A DNA stretch of 63,930 nt, the filler included, from Lama guanicoe (taxonomy: Eukaryota): NCBI GenBank assembly GCA_013239625.1. It is 130 parts of 130 records of this genome, joined end to end, with 100 filler letters (N's around TTAATTAATTAA, not from the genome) between each part and the next. Parts side by side here need not be neighbours in the genome. Positions count along the whole stretch, not along the records: positions 25,075 to 25,466 come from PNXV01059371.1; positions 25,567 to 25,958 come from PNXV01059372.1; positions 26,059 to 26,451 come from PNXV01059373.1; positions 26,552 to 26,943 come from PNXV01059374.1; positions 27,044 to 27,436 come from PNXV01059375.1; positions 27,537 to 27,929 come from PNXV01059376.1; positions 28,030 to 28,422 come from PNXV01059377.1; positions 28,523 to 28,915 come from PNXV01059378.1; 122 more parts are not named here. One strand, written 5' to 3'. Positions 24,975-37,689 of this stretch are shown piece after piece. Under the pieces are notes generated by a model. That model did not search any database. It was not told where the DNA came from and saw nothing but the letters and a program-made list of their open reading frames with translations. Both the position numbers and the translations under genes were made by a program. Position 1 is the first letter of the stretch, and each line of letters starts with the position of its first letter.

Positions 24975-27900
24975 NNNNNNNNNNNNNNNNNNNNNNNNNN
25001 NNNNNNNNNNNNNNNNNNTTAATTAATTAANNNNNNNNNNNNNNNNNNNNNNNNNNNNNNNNNNNNNNNNNNNNAACAGATTCGCATCTCAACTGAGGCG
25101 ACCATCCCAGTTTTGTTGTTTCCCTTTTGCTGAGCAAATCTGTTTTCAGAAATGTCCTTAGCAGTGGGAAGGATTTGGAGAGGGAAATGGGCGGGTAGCA
25201 GGTTGGGTGGTAGGAGGGGGAACCAGCGACTTGACGGCTAGTGTTCTCCCATTTGTCAGAGGAGAAAACCTTTAGAAATCCCTGAGGAGAGCGACTCCGG
25301 CTCCCCGCTTTCCGCTCTGTTCTGACTCACAGACACAGCAAAGCCAGATTTTGAAGGGTTTGAAGTTGTAAAACTTGAGGGACCCTCATTAAGAAAAATA
25401 ATACAAAGTTACAGTTGCAAAACTACCAGGGCCCCTCCCAGGACCTTGAAAAGGGTTCACGTGCGTNNNNNNNNNNNNNNNNNNNNNNNNNNNNNNNNNN
25501 NNNNNNNNNNTTAATTAATTAANNNNNNNNNNNNNNNNNNNNNNNNNNNNNNNNNNNNNNNNNNNNAACAAGAAAGGAGAAAACTCCGTAATCGATAGAT
25601 TTTATCTCAAAGACTTTGCTATTGAACAGAAATGACTGGGTTTGCTTTGAATAAGCAAGATGAGGTTTTCTGTCGTCAGAAGAACGATGGGCTTAAGATG
25701 TTATTCCTACTGTTTTTTTTTTAATCTGTGAAATTCCTATTTGCTACATCTATTGAGTATAATTTTTGCCAAGGTAGATCTCATCGAATATTTATTGTTA
25801 CTCTTACCTATTTATTATTAGCAGTATTACTAGTAAGTGTCTGCCCCAAATTATAGACTTAAATTCCTGGTGGAAGTAAATCTCCATTTTATGACCACGT
25901 CCTGGCACAATGACTTGCAGGTTGGAGGAAGGAGAGAAGGAAGGAGGGAGATGTAGAGNNNNNNNNNNNNNNNNNNNNNNNNNNNNNNNNNNNNNNNNNN
26001 NNTTAATTAATTAANNNNNNNNNNNNNNNNNNNNNNNNNNNNNNNNNNNNNNNNNNNNTTGGAGCCCTGCGCCAGGTCCGTGACCAGCGACAGCAGCAGC
26101 TCCACCATCAGATCCAGCTGCACCTCGAGCTCAAGCTGCTTCAGTGCCAGCCGCAGCTGGAGCCCCCCAGCACCTGCTTCTGAGCCAGAGCCGACTTCAA
26201 CACCGGTCCTCACATCATGTCCAGATCCAGACCCAGCTCCAGTTCCAGGGTCAGAGCCAGCGCGTCATGTGAGGTAGAGCCAGCTCTGGTATCTCTGTTA
26301 TGTTCTTCTCTAACGTTTATTTTTTAGGTTTACTTTGCTCTTTTTCACAAAGGGTACCTTCTAACTAACTCCTAGCAATAGCCAGCCTCAGGAGCCCCCT
26401 CTCCATGGTGAGTGGCCCGGGCTCGCCAGGCACCTCGCTCCCAACCTGCCANNNNNNNNNNNNNNNNNNNNNNNNNNNNNNNNNNNNNNNNNNNNTTAAT
26501 TAATTAANNNNNNNNNNNNNNNNNNNNNNNNNNNNNNNNNNNNNNNNNNNNATTATAACTCAATAAAAAATGTTAAAAAATTAAAATAACTTCTAAATAA
26601 TTTTAAAAAACCCTAGGTAACAGTTAGTTTTTAAAGAGATAAAAATAACGAGTCAACATCAGAGATAAAATAAAATCATAAAACATGTTCAATTATTCAA
26701 AAGCAGGCAAGCAAAAATAAATAGAAACTGATGGAACAAATAGAAAATGAAGATTATGTTAGATATTAATTCAGTCACATCATTAATGTACCATTAACGT
26801 TGAAAGATACTTGAGTGTGCAATTCAAAGAAGACACTTAAATGACCAAAACTATGAGTAAGTGCTCAACCACGTTACTATGAAAATGTGGAACAGTAGGA
26901 TTCTCACATGCTCTTTGTAGAAATAAAAATTGGTAACTCACTCNNNNNNNNNNNNNNNNNNNNNNNNNNNNNNNNNNNNNNNNNNNNTTAATTAATTAAN
27001 NNNNNNNNNNNNNNNNNNNNNNNNNNNNNNNNNNNNNNNNNNNAAAAAAAAATACTTAAGGTTCCTTTCAGTCTGAAGCTTTAAAGTACTGACAATAGCA
27101 TTTTCTAATTTTTAAATTAAAAATACAGTAGTTCATTTATTGTGGTCTGCTTTTTTGGAACAGAAAGTCACAGTGTTGGCTGAATCACTGACAGCATAAA
27201 TACAGCAACAGATGCCAAAGGCCACCTTCAAAAGGCAATCTCCTCTCTTAAACAACCATGTTAAATCCCTAAGGTGACCAGTACTGTTCTGCTCTTGTGT
27301 TAAAGGTCACCTCTACTAGCAACCAGTTTTTGTACCTCCCTAGGGTAGCTGCTTAACACTACATTCACTGTCTATATTAACTTCTCTATTGCATCTGTTA
27401 AATATCAAGGCAATTAAAGACTTACCTAGACACTCANNNNNNNNNNNNNNNNNNNNNNNNNNNNNNNNNNNNNNNNNNNNTTAATTAATTAANNNNNNNN
27501 NNNNNNNNNNNNNNNNNNNNNNNNNNNNNNNNNNNNCCCCCCCGGCTCTGTCACTGCCCGGCTGTGCGACCCTGGACACATAGGGTGTAAGTATTAGCAG
27601 TTATCAACCTTATGTTTATTTTTAGCAAATGTCAAATTTTTCTGATGGTGTGACCTTCTTAAAAGGAACAGAATCTGGACACTGGGGCAAAGGCAGTGGC
27701 CACCACACAGGTTGCTTTGTTGAAAGTGGAAATCTGTGTAAAACGGCATTTTGCCTCGGCAGGCATGGCCCTTTTCATCTCCCGGCCTCATCACACTCCC
27801 CCCAGAATGACATGTGTAGTGACTTTATTGCTTAGTGCATCTGTGTTGGCTTATGTTTTTAAAATGCTTTGAATGTGTGAGTGTCCATGGTTCCCCAAGA

Positions 27901-28044
27901 TATAACGCAATTTGAACCCAGGACCTCACNNNNNNNNNNNNNNNNNNNNNNNNNNNNNNNNNNNNNNNNNNNNTTAATTAATTAANNNNNNNNNNNNNNN
28001 NNNNNNNNNNNNNNNNNNNNNNNNNNNNNTTTTTTTTTTTTTAG

Positions 28045-28168
28045 AATTTCATGTCATCCATTTGCAGCAGTCTTTTTGAAGCATTATTTCCTGGCTCTTC
28101 CTACCCAACTAGATTTTCAGCTTTAACCATTTTAGGCTCAGTAGCTGATGTTTTTCCTGTACCAGAAG
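28045..28168 (+). CDS. THADA: Complete 124-nt internal exon of THADA
   Basis: Poly-T tract with AG acceptor ending 28044 and GTAAGT donor at 28169. Translates NFMSSICSSLFEALFPGSSYPTRFSALTILGSVADVFPVPE, matching recalled THADA FMSSICNSLFEALFPGSSYSTRFSALTILGSIAEVF. Confidence 0.9.
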
Positions 28169-30001
28169 GTAAGTTTTCAGTAATGTTTGGGGAAACTATT
28201 TGTTTTCTTGCCAAACATACTTTTTCAACATTTTGTTTCCCTTGAGTTTCAGGTTTGTTGTCTTTTGTTTAGATTCTTATGGGAGGTGTTAGTCTCACTA
28301 TATAATTCTTACGTAGACATTATTCAGTTTCCCAGTAAGGGACATAAGGGAGAGAAACTTCTTAGTGATCATTATTTGCCAACCCAAAACTACAGTTTCA
28401 TGGATTATGCTTACTATGAGAANNNNNNNNNNNNNNNNNNNNNNNNNNNNNNNNNNNNNNNNNNNNTTAATTAATTAANNNNNNNNNNNNNNNNNNNNNN
28501 NNNNNNNNNNNNNNNNNNNNNNTCTTTGATGCCAAAGTCTCCTGTCTGCGCGGTAGGTCTGGCGATTTCAGGCCAAGGGGTGCATCTGTAGTGGAGAGGC
28601 TTGAGAAAAACGAAGAGCAGGAAACGAGCCTGTATTTCTGAAGGTGTGTGGGGTTGGGAGGTGGGGGTGGGCAGCAGCCATTGACTGGAGACCCGAATGG
28701 GGTGGGGTGACTGCGACCAGAGCAAGAAGGCATCCGGGAATACCTTCTAGAATTGCCTTCTCTAACAGGTTTCTACACACTTCTCTTGCCTTCCTTCCTC
28801 ATCTCCACAAAATTGAGGGTGGAAGAGATGGGCTGGGAGGTGAGGGTCAGGGTTAAGTCTTAAATGCAAGTACCACTGCACAACCTGTTTTCTAGAATAT
28901 GCGGGCGCCCTTCCCNNNNNNNNNNNNNNNNNNNNNNNNNNNNNNNNNNNNNNNNNNNNTTAATTAATTAANNNNNNNNNNNNNNNNNNNNNNNNNNNNN
29001 NNNNNNNNNNNNNNNTCTCTAGGAATCACAGCTCCCGCTCTGTGCTCAGCCCAGTGAGACCACAGCTGTATTACTACATGTATCCCAGCGTGTTTCACTT
29101 AATTAGGTCTGAGCCACAGAGCCTCAGTGGCAGGGACCACATCTTTTTCTATCTTTGTATCTTCCTCATCTAGCACATAACTCACAGGTCATAAGTGCTC
29201 ATTCAATTTCAGTGAACTGAACTAACTGGTGAAGAAATCTCAGTGACCAGTCTTTAGAGAACTTTGCTGGGAAAAGGGGGCAAAAAGGGACAGAAACAAG
29301 GAGTTGAGAGAAGATAAGGAAGAGTGGGAGGTGTCTGAAGGCAGAGCCAGAGCCCCAGGAATGCTGAGAGCTGGAGCCCTTGGAAGGAGCCGGGTAAGGA
29401 GAGGTGGANNNNNNNNNNNNNNNNNNNNNNNNNNNNNNNNNNNNNNNNNNNNTTAATTAATTAANNNNNNNNNNNNNNNNNNNNNNNNNNNNNNNNNNNN
29501 NNNNNNNNTGGACATTGTGGACATTTTTCAGTTGAGTCCAGAATTTTAAATCTTTCTTCAAACACTGTTGAGCTTTGTTTTGGCAGGAAATTTATTTACT
29601 TGCAAGTCTGCTTAATCTTTTTGTGAGCTAATGTGGAGCTTTGTTAGAGTGGAGTTCAGTGCATCCTTTTCTCTGGGTCAGTTCTCTCTTCTGCTGTCTC
29701 CACTGAAAGCCCTAGAGATTCAGTGAGATTCCTGACTAAGCTCTGACAGGATGTGAATGTGTCCCAACCCTCTGTGAACTGGTAGTTTTCATCATGCAGA
29801 TCCCTGGTGGCTTCTTTTCCCCTAGTAGCATTTCTTGATCTAGCGTCACAGAATATCACCTTAATAAGTAGGTGCAGTTTAGAAATCAACCAGCATCTCA
29901 CNNNNNNNNNNNNNNNNNNNNNNNNNNNNNNNNNNNNNNNNNNNNTTAATTAATTAANNNNNNNNNNNNNNNNNNNNNNNNNNNNNNNNNNNNNNNNNNN
30001 N

Positions 30002-30040
<39 letters not shown>

Positions 30041-30388
30041 GTAAAACTCAGCCATAAAAAGAATGAAATGCCATTTACAGTGACATGGATGGACCTAGAC
30101 ATTATCATACTAAGTGAAGTAAGTGAGACAGAGAAAGACAAATATCATATGGTATCACTTATATGCCGAATCTAAAATATGATGCAAATGAACTTACTTG
30201 TGAAACAGAACAGACTCACAGACATAGAAAACAAACTTGTGGTTACCAAAGAAGAAAGGGGGAGGGATAAATTAGAAGTTTGGGATTAGCATATACAAAC
30301 TACTGTGTATGAAATAGATAAACAACAAGGTCCCACTGTATAGCACAGAGAACTATATTCAGTATCTTGTAATAATCTATAATGGAAA
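30002..30388 (+). mobile_element. (TA)n followed by cetartiodactyl-type L1 3' end
   Basis: ctcagccataaaaagaatgaaatgccattt...gacatagaaaacaaacttgtggttaccaaag...aacaacaaggtcccactgtatagcacag. Confidence 0.92.
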
Positions 30389-30488
30389 NNNNNNNNNNNN
30401 NNNNNNNNNNNNNNNNNNNNNNNNNNNNNNNNTTAATTAATTAANNNNNNNNNNNNNNNNNNNNNNNNNNNNNNNNNNNNNNNNNNNN

Positions 30489-30881
30489 AAAGTCTATCTT
30501 TTTTCTTCCACTGAATGATTTTGGCACCCTTGTCAGAAATCAATTGGCCATAGATGTCTGGGTTTATTCCTGGACTCTCACTTCTGTTCCACTTGTCTGT
30601 GTGTCTATTCCTCTGCCAGTACTGCACTGTCTTTATTATTGTACTTTTATAGTAAATTTCAAAATCAGAAAATATGAATCCTCCAATGAATTTGCTAATC
30701 TTCCTTTTCAAGACAATTTTGGCTATTTGGGGTTCTTTGCATTTCCATATAAATTTTAAAATCAGCCTGTCCACTTATGCCAAAAAAAATGCAGTTGAAA
30801 TTTTGATAGGGATTGCATTGAATTTGTAGATCAATTTGGGGACTATTTTCATCTTAACAACATTATGTCTTCCAGTTCATG
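30489..30881 (-). mobile_element. L1 ORF2 fragment
   Basis: Minus ORF LILKFIWKCKEPQIAK...YYKSTIIKTVQYWQRNRHTDKWNR...YGQLISDKGAKIIQW is the L1 ORF2 post-RT region. Confidence 0.93.
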
Positions 30882-30981
30882 NNNNNNNNNNNNNNNNNNN
30901 NNNNNNNNNNNNNNNNNNNNNNNNNTTAATTAATTAANNNNNNNNNNNNNNNNNNNNNNNNNNNNNNNNNNNNNNNNNNNN

Positions 30982-31374
30982 CCATGGAAAAATTATTTGA
31001 AAAAATACAGTTCTCATAAAGAACTTGTACCCACAATATAGAAAAAATTTAAAATTTAATAATAAGAAAATAACCCCAAAAGAATGGGCCAAATGTTTAA
31101 ACAGACACTTCACCAAAGAAGATGTTTGAATGACTAATAAATGTATGAAAATGCTCTAGTCATTTGTATTAGGAGCACACAAATTAAATTTATTGTTACA
31201 ATTTTATTAGAATGGTTATTGCTAACTGAGCTTTTCCTACACATTTATTAGAATGGTTAAAATTAAAAACATGTGGGTCATACTGATCGTTGACAAGAAA
31301 ATGGAAGGACTGAAAATTTCATCCCTGTTAGTGGGAATGTAAAATAGTGCAAACACTTTGGAAACCTCTTGACA
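30982..31374 (+). mobile_element. Old L1 ORF2 3' fragment
   Basis: aatgggccaaatgtttaaacagacacttcaccaaagaagat...gtgggaatgtaaaatagtgcaaacactttggaaa. Confidence 0.8.
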
Positions 31375-32460
31375 NNNNNNNNNNNNNNNNNNNNNNNNNN
31401 NNNNNNNNNNNNNNNNNNTTAATTAATTAANNNNNNNNNNNNNNNNNNNNNNNNNNNNNNNNNNNNNNNNNNNNGGAGACTGCTGAGAATGAAATCAAAA
31501 GCAACACGCCTTCCAGCCTCGGACATGCTCTCCGGAAGGTTAGATACACTCACCAACATGGGCCATGGTGTTTAGCAGCAGTAAGACCATGTGGGCAGGT
31601 TTTATCCCTCAGTTGTTTTTTTACAACTTGGGAGCTCGGTGGCTTCTAATTTACCTCCAGCCATTGTCTACAGGGGACTGCGAATGGGGTGAGACTTCTC
31701 AAGACACGATAACCTCCAAGGAGCCGGAATAAAAATCCCTTTGTTGAAACTGTTCTTTCCCTGACATGTGGAAATACTGCCCCAGGATTGAACCTCGGCT
31801 GTCTCCACTAAAATTCATCTTGCTGACATGTCAATTCTATTGTCTCTGGCCCTAGAAACAGTGTTTCNNNNNNNNNNNNNNNNNNNNNNNNNNNNNNNNN
31901 NNNNNNNNNNNTTAATTAATTAANNNNNNNNNNNNNNNNNNNNNNNNNNNNNNNNNNNNNNNNNNNNCCACCCTCTAACCCAGCAAATCCAGTCTAGATA
32001 CATACTCAATAGAAATGCATGTATGTATGCACCAAAGTCATGTGCAAAAATGTTCATTGTAGGTCCAAATGGCAAACCACCAAAATGTACATCAGCAAAA
32101 TGGACAACTAAATAATGGTTTATTCATACAACGGAACTAGAATTGCTTGCAACCTGGATAAGTCTCACAATGATTCTCTTTATATTTAAGTCAGAAAAGT
32201 AGTTATTCTGGGGAGGACGCCAAAGGGGGCTTCTGGAGTGCTGCTCATGGCCATTCTTCTCTGGGTGCTGCTAAATGGATGCGTTCCCTTTGCAGGGTTT
32301 AAGGAAACTTTTTACACTTTGGATGTGCATGTCTTCTGTATGAATAGAATACTACGTATGNNNNNNNNNNNNNNNNNNNNNNNNNNNNNNNNNNNNNNNN
32401 NNNNTTAATTAATTAANNNNNNNNNNNNNNNNNNNNNNNNNNNNNNNNNNNNNNNNNNNN

Positions 32461-32853
32461 TTTGAGATTGCATTGGCTATTTGGAACCTTGTGGTTCCTT
32501 ATGAATTTTGAGATTGTTTGTTTTTATTTCTGTAAAAAAATTTTTAGTATTTTGATAGGTACTGCATTGCACATGTAGATGGCTTTGTGTAGTATGGACC
32601 TTTTAACAGTATTAATTCTTCAAATCTGTGAACTTGAAATATCTTTCCATTTCTTTGCGTCTCAGAATTTCTTTCAGCAATGTTGTGTGTTATTCAGTGT
32701 ACAAGCTTTTCATTTCCTTAGTTATTTCTACCATATCAATATTTTTCATGCTGCTATAAATGATAATTGTGTTTCTAATTTTCATTACACATTGTTTATT
32801 GTCAGTGCATAGAAATGCAACTGATTTTTGCAAGTTGACTTTATGTCCTGAAA
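32461..32853 (-). mobile_element. L1 ORF2 fragment
   Basis: ttttgataggtactgcattg...tgtagatggctttgtgtagtatggaccttttaacagtattaattctt...tagaaatgcaactgatttttg. Confidence 0.88.
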
Positions 32854-33446
32854 NNNNNNNNNNNNNNNNNNNNNNNNNNNNNNNNNNNNNNNNNNNNTTA
32901 ATTAATTAANNNNNNNNNNNNNNNNNNNNNNNNNNNNNNNNNNNNNNNNNNNNAAAAAATGGGATATTATATACTAATGAAAATGAAGCATCTACAGCTT
33001 TACAATGAACAAGGATGACTTGAAAAAAACTCATGTAGAGTGAAAAAAGCAAGTCACAGCAAATGCATACAGTAGGAGTTCATTTACACTGAGTTCAAAA
33101 ATGAACAAAATTAATATATGTATAAATGTATATATACACACATACATGTGTTTGTTTAGAAATACCCACGTAGAACAAAACTATAGAGAAAAATAAGGAA
33201 CTAATAAACATAAAACTCTGGATTGCGCTTGGTGATGGGGAGACTGGGAAGGAAGCAGCACTGTGGTTGACCACACTGGAGTTTTAAATGCACAGGTGAT
33301 GTTCTATGGACAGTATGTGCCTTCTTTTACATGTACGTCACATTTGNNNNNNNNNNNNNNNNNNNNNNNNNNNNNNNNNNNNNNNNNNNNTTAATTAATT
33401 AANNNNNNNNNNNNNNNNNNNNNNNNNNNNNNNNNNNNNNNNNNNN

Positions 33447-33839
33447 AGCCCGCATCATCTAACTAAGCCCGCATCATCTCCCTAAGCCCACATCATCTCC
33501 CCAAGCCCGCATGATCTCCCTAAGTCCAATCATCACCCCAAGCCCGCATCATTTCCCCATGCAAAAATCTCCAAAAAGGCACATTATCTCCCCAAGCCCA
33601 CATCATCTCCCCAAGCCCGCATCATCTCCCCGAGCCGGCATCATCTCCCGGAGCCCCCATCATCTCCATGAGCACATGTCATATCCCCGAGCCGGTTTCA
33701 TGTCCCTGAGCCCTCGTCAATCCCCGGGCCGATGCCATATCAGGGAACCCAAATATCACCACGAGCCTGAGACATCTCCCTGAGACCGCGTCATCTCCCT
33801 GAGCCAACATCTCCCCAAGCCAACATCATCTCCCCAAGT
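33447..33839. repeat. 19-bp minisatellite, consensus approximately AAGCCCGCATCATCTCCCC
   Basis: About 20 degenerate copies of (a)agccc(g/a)catcatctccc(c/t) fill the whole contig. Confidence 0.9.
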
Positions 33840-34274
33840 NNNNNNNNNNNNNNNNNNNNNNNNNNNNNNNNNNNNNNNNNNNNTTAATTAATTAANNNNN
33901 NNNNNNNNNNNNNNNNNNNNNNNNNNNNNNNNNNNNNNNAAACAATTTTTATGCAGAAATGTCTTTACTAGTAAAGAGACCGTGTTTAGTGCAGCTTGGC
34001 GAGAAGCCTCATTGTCACAGGTAGAAATGATGCAGGAGGCTGAGGAATGAAATCTAAGATAGGAGGACAAGGGTCTTTGTGGTAGAAAAATATCCTTACA
34101 TGGAACTGCACATCATCTTAAATATGCAAAAAGTGCGTATGGAAGCTCGGAAATCTCTGTAACTGAAAAGTACAAAGAAACATGTAGACGCTGTGAATCC
34201 GAGCGAGAGAGAAAGGGAGAAACTGTCCCACTCAGGGCTTGCCAGGACATTCTCCACCCAAGTAAGGTGGAAGC

Positions 34275-34332
34275 TGTCTACTGAAATGCGCAGCCTAAAA
34301 GTTGAGAGCTATGTTTTATTTGGTGGGAGGAC
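34275..34332. mobile_element. End of an ERV1-type LTR
   Basis: tgtctactgaaa...cctaaaagttgagagctatgttttatttggtggg resembles a recalled cetartiodactyl LTR terminus. It starts with TG and is cut by the contig end. Confidence 0.5.
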
Positions 34333-34925
34333 NNNNNNNNNNNNNNNNNNNNNNNNNNNNNNNNNNNNNNNNNNNNTTAATTAATTAANNNNNNNNNNNN
34401 NNNNNNNNNNNNNNNNNNNNNNNNNNNNNNNNCCAAGGACGAGAGATCTGGCTCCATCTTGCTTGCTTTGTACATCAAAGGTCTGTTTCAGCGAAGCCCT
34501 TTGCTGTTTCTAAGAACTGACTAGTCCTGGAAGGGGCACTCTCCCAGCCGTAAATGTCGTTAAGATGTCAAAACACCATAATATAAAGAAAATTCAAAAA
34601 CACAAACAACACAGTGATTTTTTAGTATTTTTTATCGATCAGTATCGGGGACTTTTTTTATGCCTGATGTGAAATACTTTTAATAAACCCTGTGCAAAAT
34701 ATACAATACAAAGATGCAATTTTAGGGTGCAATTTACCTTTCTTTTAAGTATATTGAGCAGATGGAGGTGTTCATGTAGGAAATCCAGAGACACTAAATG
34801 TAGACACATTGTGGTGGGCAAAATGNNNNNNNNNNNNNNNNNNNNNNNNNNNNNNNNNNNNNNNNNNNNTTAATTAATTAANNNNNNNNNNNNNNNNNNN
34901 NNNNNNNNNNNNNNNNNNNNNNNNN

Positions 34926-35316
34926 TCAGCCATACAAAGAGTGAAATAATGGTATTTGTAGCAACATGGATGGACCTAGAGATTATCACACTAAGTGAAA
35001 TAAGTCACAGAGAAAGACAAATATCGTACGGTATCACTTATATCCAGAATCTGAAAAAATGATGCAAATGACCTTATTTACAAACCAGAAACAGACTCAC
35101 AGACATAGAAAACAGACTGATGGTTACCAAAAGGGAAAGGGAGGGGGGATAAATTAGGAATTTGGGATTAACAAATACAAACTACTATATATAAAATAGA
35201 TAAACAACTAGGACCTACTGTGTAACACAGAGAACTATTTTCAGCACCTTGTAATAACCTATAATGGAGAAGAACCTGGGAAAGAATAAATCTATATGTA
35301 TAACCGAATCACTCAG
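34926..35316 (+). mobile_element. Cetartiodactyl-type L1 3' end
   Basis: Same family as 5893-6283 and 30002-30388. Confidence 0.92.
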
Positions 35317-35909
35317 NNNNNNNNNNNNNNNNNNNNNNNNNNNNNNNNNNNNNNNNNNNNTTAATTAATTAANNNNNNNNNNNNNNNNNNNNNNNNNNNN
35401 NNNNNNNNNNNNNNNNCTTGGGTCTTGAAGCTCTGTTGGCGAATGAAGTTCAAAGCCATGTCTAGTGGGATTTTTAAAAGAGAAGCCATCACATAGTTAT
35501 TCAGCCATAAGTTTGGACCACCAGCAAGAGCTCCAAGCGAGCCAGGCACTTTGATTCACCTGTGAGGGCCCTGCCTCCTTTGTGAGGTAACTTTGCCACA
35601 GCCTACAGCAAGCTCTTCTTGTCTCTATGAGCACTTAAGTGCCTGATAATAGTACAGTGAATTCAAAACATCTAAGGGATACACACAGGAGTCATTACAT
35701 ACAAAACAGTTCAAAGTCTGTATTTATAAAAGGGGTTAAGTCAGAAAGCGGAAGCTATCATAAGCAATGAAAATGATCATAACACAGTGCTACCCAAGTG
35801 GAAGTATAANNNNNNNNNNNNNNNNNNNNNNNNNNNNNNNNNNNNNNNNNNNNTTAATTAATTAANNNNNNNNNNNNNNNNNNNNNNNNNNNNNNNNNNN
35901 NNNNNNNNN

Positions 35910-36302
35910 ATACCTACTGGAGTTTATGGGCCCTTACCTGCAGGATATTTCGGCCTCTGAATTGGACGTTCCTCTGTAGGGCTCAAAGGATTGACTATTT
36001 TACCTGGAGTAATTGACAACGATTATACAGGGGAAATAAAAATTATGATTCGAGCTTCCTCTTATTGTATTATACCAAAAAATTCTCGGATTGCTCTGAT
36101 TATCTTGATTCCTTACTCACCTGCTGAAAAAACTTTATCAAAACAGAGACAGGCTTCTGGGTTTTGACACACTGGCCAAGCTGCCTTTTGGTCACATGAG
36201 ATATCTGGACAACATCCTTCATTAACTATTTCTTTACAAGGGATAAAATTTACTGGTTTGATAGATACAGGAGCAGATAAAACTATTATTGCTTCTCATC
36301 AA
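35910..36302 (+). mobile_element. Betaretrovirus-like (class II) ERV pro gene: dUTPase-protease, inactivated
   Basis: A single frame reads IPTGVYGPLPAGYFGL*IGRSSVGLKGLTILPGVIDNDYTGEIKIMI...RQASGF*HTG...KFTGLIDTGADKTII. It has dUTPase motifs GRSS and GVIDxDYTGEI and the protease motif DTGAD. Stops are at 35958 and 36165. Confidence 0.93.
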
Positions 36303-36530
36303 NNNNNNNNNNNNNNNNNNNNNNNNNNNNNNNNNNNNNNNNNNNNTTAATTAATTAANNNNNNNNNNNNNNNNNNNNNNNNNNNNNNNNNNNNNNNNNN
36401 NNGTGACAAAATTTCCATTTTAACGGCTAGAGAACTGAGGCTCAGAAGGGATTGTGCCCAAAGGACACTCCTTATAAAGGCAATCTCACAACCTCTGAAT
36501 CCAGAGCCCACCTGTGCTTGAAATGCAACC

Positions 36531-36795
36531 CCACCATATGAGTGAAATCTTGTGGTATTTGTCTTTTTGTTACTGGCAAGTTGTCCTTGGTATTATGTTC
36601 TCAAGATTCCTTCATGTTGTAACATAGGTTAGAATTTCCTTCCTTTTTAAAACTGAATTGTGTGTATATATACCACATTTTGCTTATCCATTCATCCACT
36701 GATGGGCATTTGGGTTTCCATGTTTTAGCTATTGTGAATCATGCTGCTGTGAACATAGGTGTACAAATATTTCTTCAAGACCCTGCTTTGAATTC
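36531..36795 (-). mobile_element. L1 3' fragment
   Basis: catatgagtgaaatcttgtggtatttgtcttt...tatccattcatccactgatgggcatttggg. Confidence 0.85.
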
Positions 36796-37499
36796 NNNNN
36801 NNNNNNNNNNNNNNNNNNNNNNNNNNNNNNNNNNNNNNNTTAATTAATTAANNNNNNNNNNNNNNNNNNNNNNNNNNNNNNNNNNNNNNNNNNNNATGAA
36901 GATCCACAGATCAGACCCAGCAGAAGTTACAACACAAGGGTGCCACAGTAGATGTCGAAACTGATGTGATTTCTGTCATGCTTTTACATGAGATGCAGAC
37001 AGAAGGAGCCGGGTCTGGGGTCAGCACAGTCTGGCACGGCTCTGAGATCTGTCCGCGGAGACGCTCCGAACTTTCAAGGGCACATTTCTGACCTGTCGCA
37101 CTCATAGCTGCTGACCAGGTTTCCGTGAGAAATCAGTCGTGTTTCATCGCCAAGCACGGAGGAGATGCCCCAGTCCCAGTCTCTCCTGTTTTGGGTGGAA
37201 GCACCACTTTCCACTCGGAGTCCCCTGCTGCATCCCACACACATCTGATCCACTCTACAAACAGCTCCTTGAGATCCATGACCAACTCNNNNNNNNNNNN
37301 NNNNNNNNNNNNNNNNNNNNNNNNNNNNNNNNTTAATTAATTAANNNNNNNNNNNNNNNNNNNNNNNNNNNNNNNNNNNNNNNNNNNNAACTGTGGCATA
37401 TGTAGCAACTTCAGCGAAGAAAAATACATTTGTAGAAAAATAGTAAGACTAAGGGAAGCAGTTTTATGCTTCTGTGAGTGGCAAGCTGTGGGAGTATAA

Positions 37500-37689
37500 T
37501 GTAAGGGAGGAAATGAATAAGGTTTGCAGTTTCCTGCTGAGTCTGTCTCCAATAATAGATTGTGTATCCTGCCTTTAGAAAGAAAAGAAGGAGCTGTTCC
37601 CGAGTTTGCTACTTTTAATTGCCTTCAGCTCAAGATAAGTTTTATGTCAATGATGCATCTTTTAGGGTGACGTATTCTGTTTTCTTTCA
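37500..37689. mobile_element. MER41-like ERV1 LTR fragment
   Basis: ttgccttcagctcaagataagttttatgtcaa...catcttttagggtgacgtattctg...ttca resembles the MER41 terminus. Confidence 0.6.

Noticed and set aside
33511..33783. Ser/Pro/His-rich protein ORF
   Set aside because: Translation of a 19-bp minisatellite whose unit is not a multiple of three.
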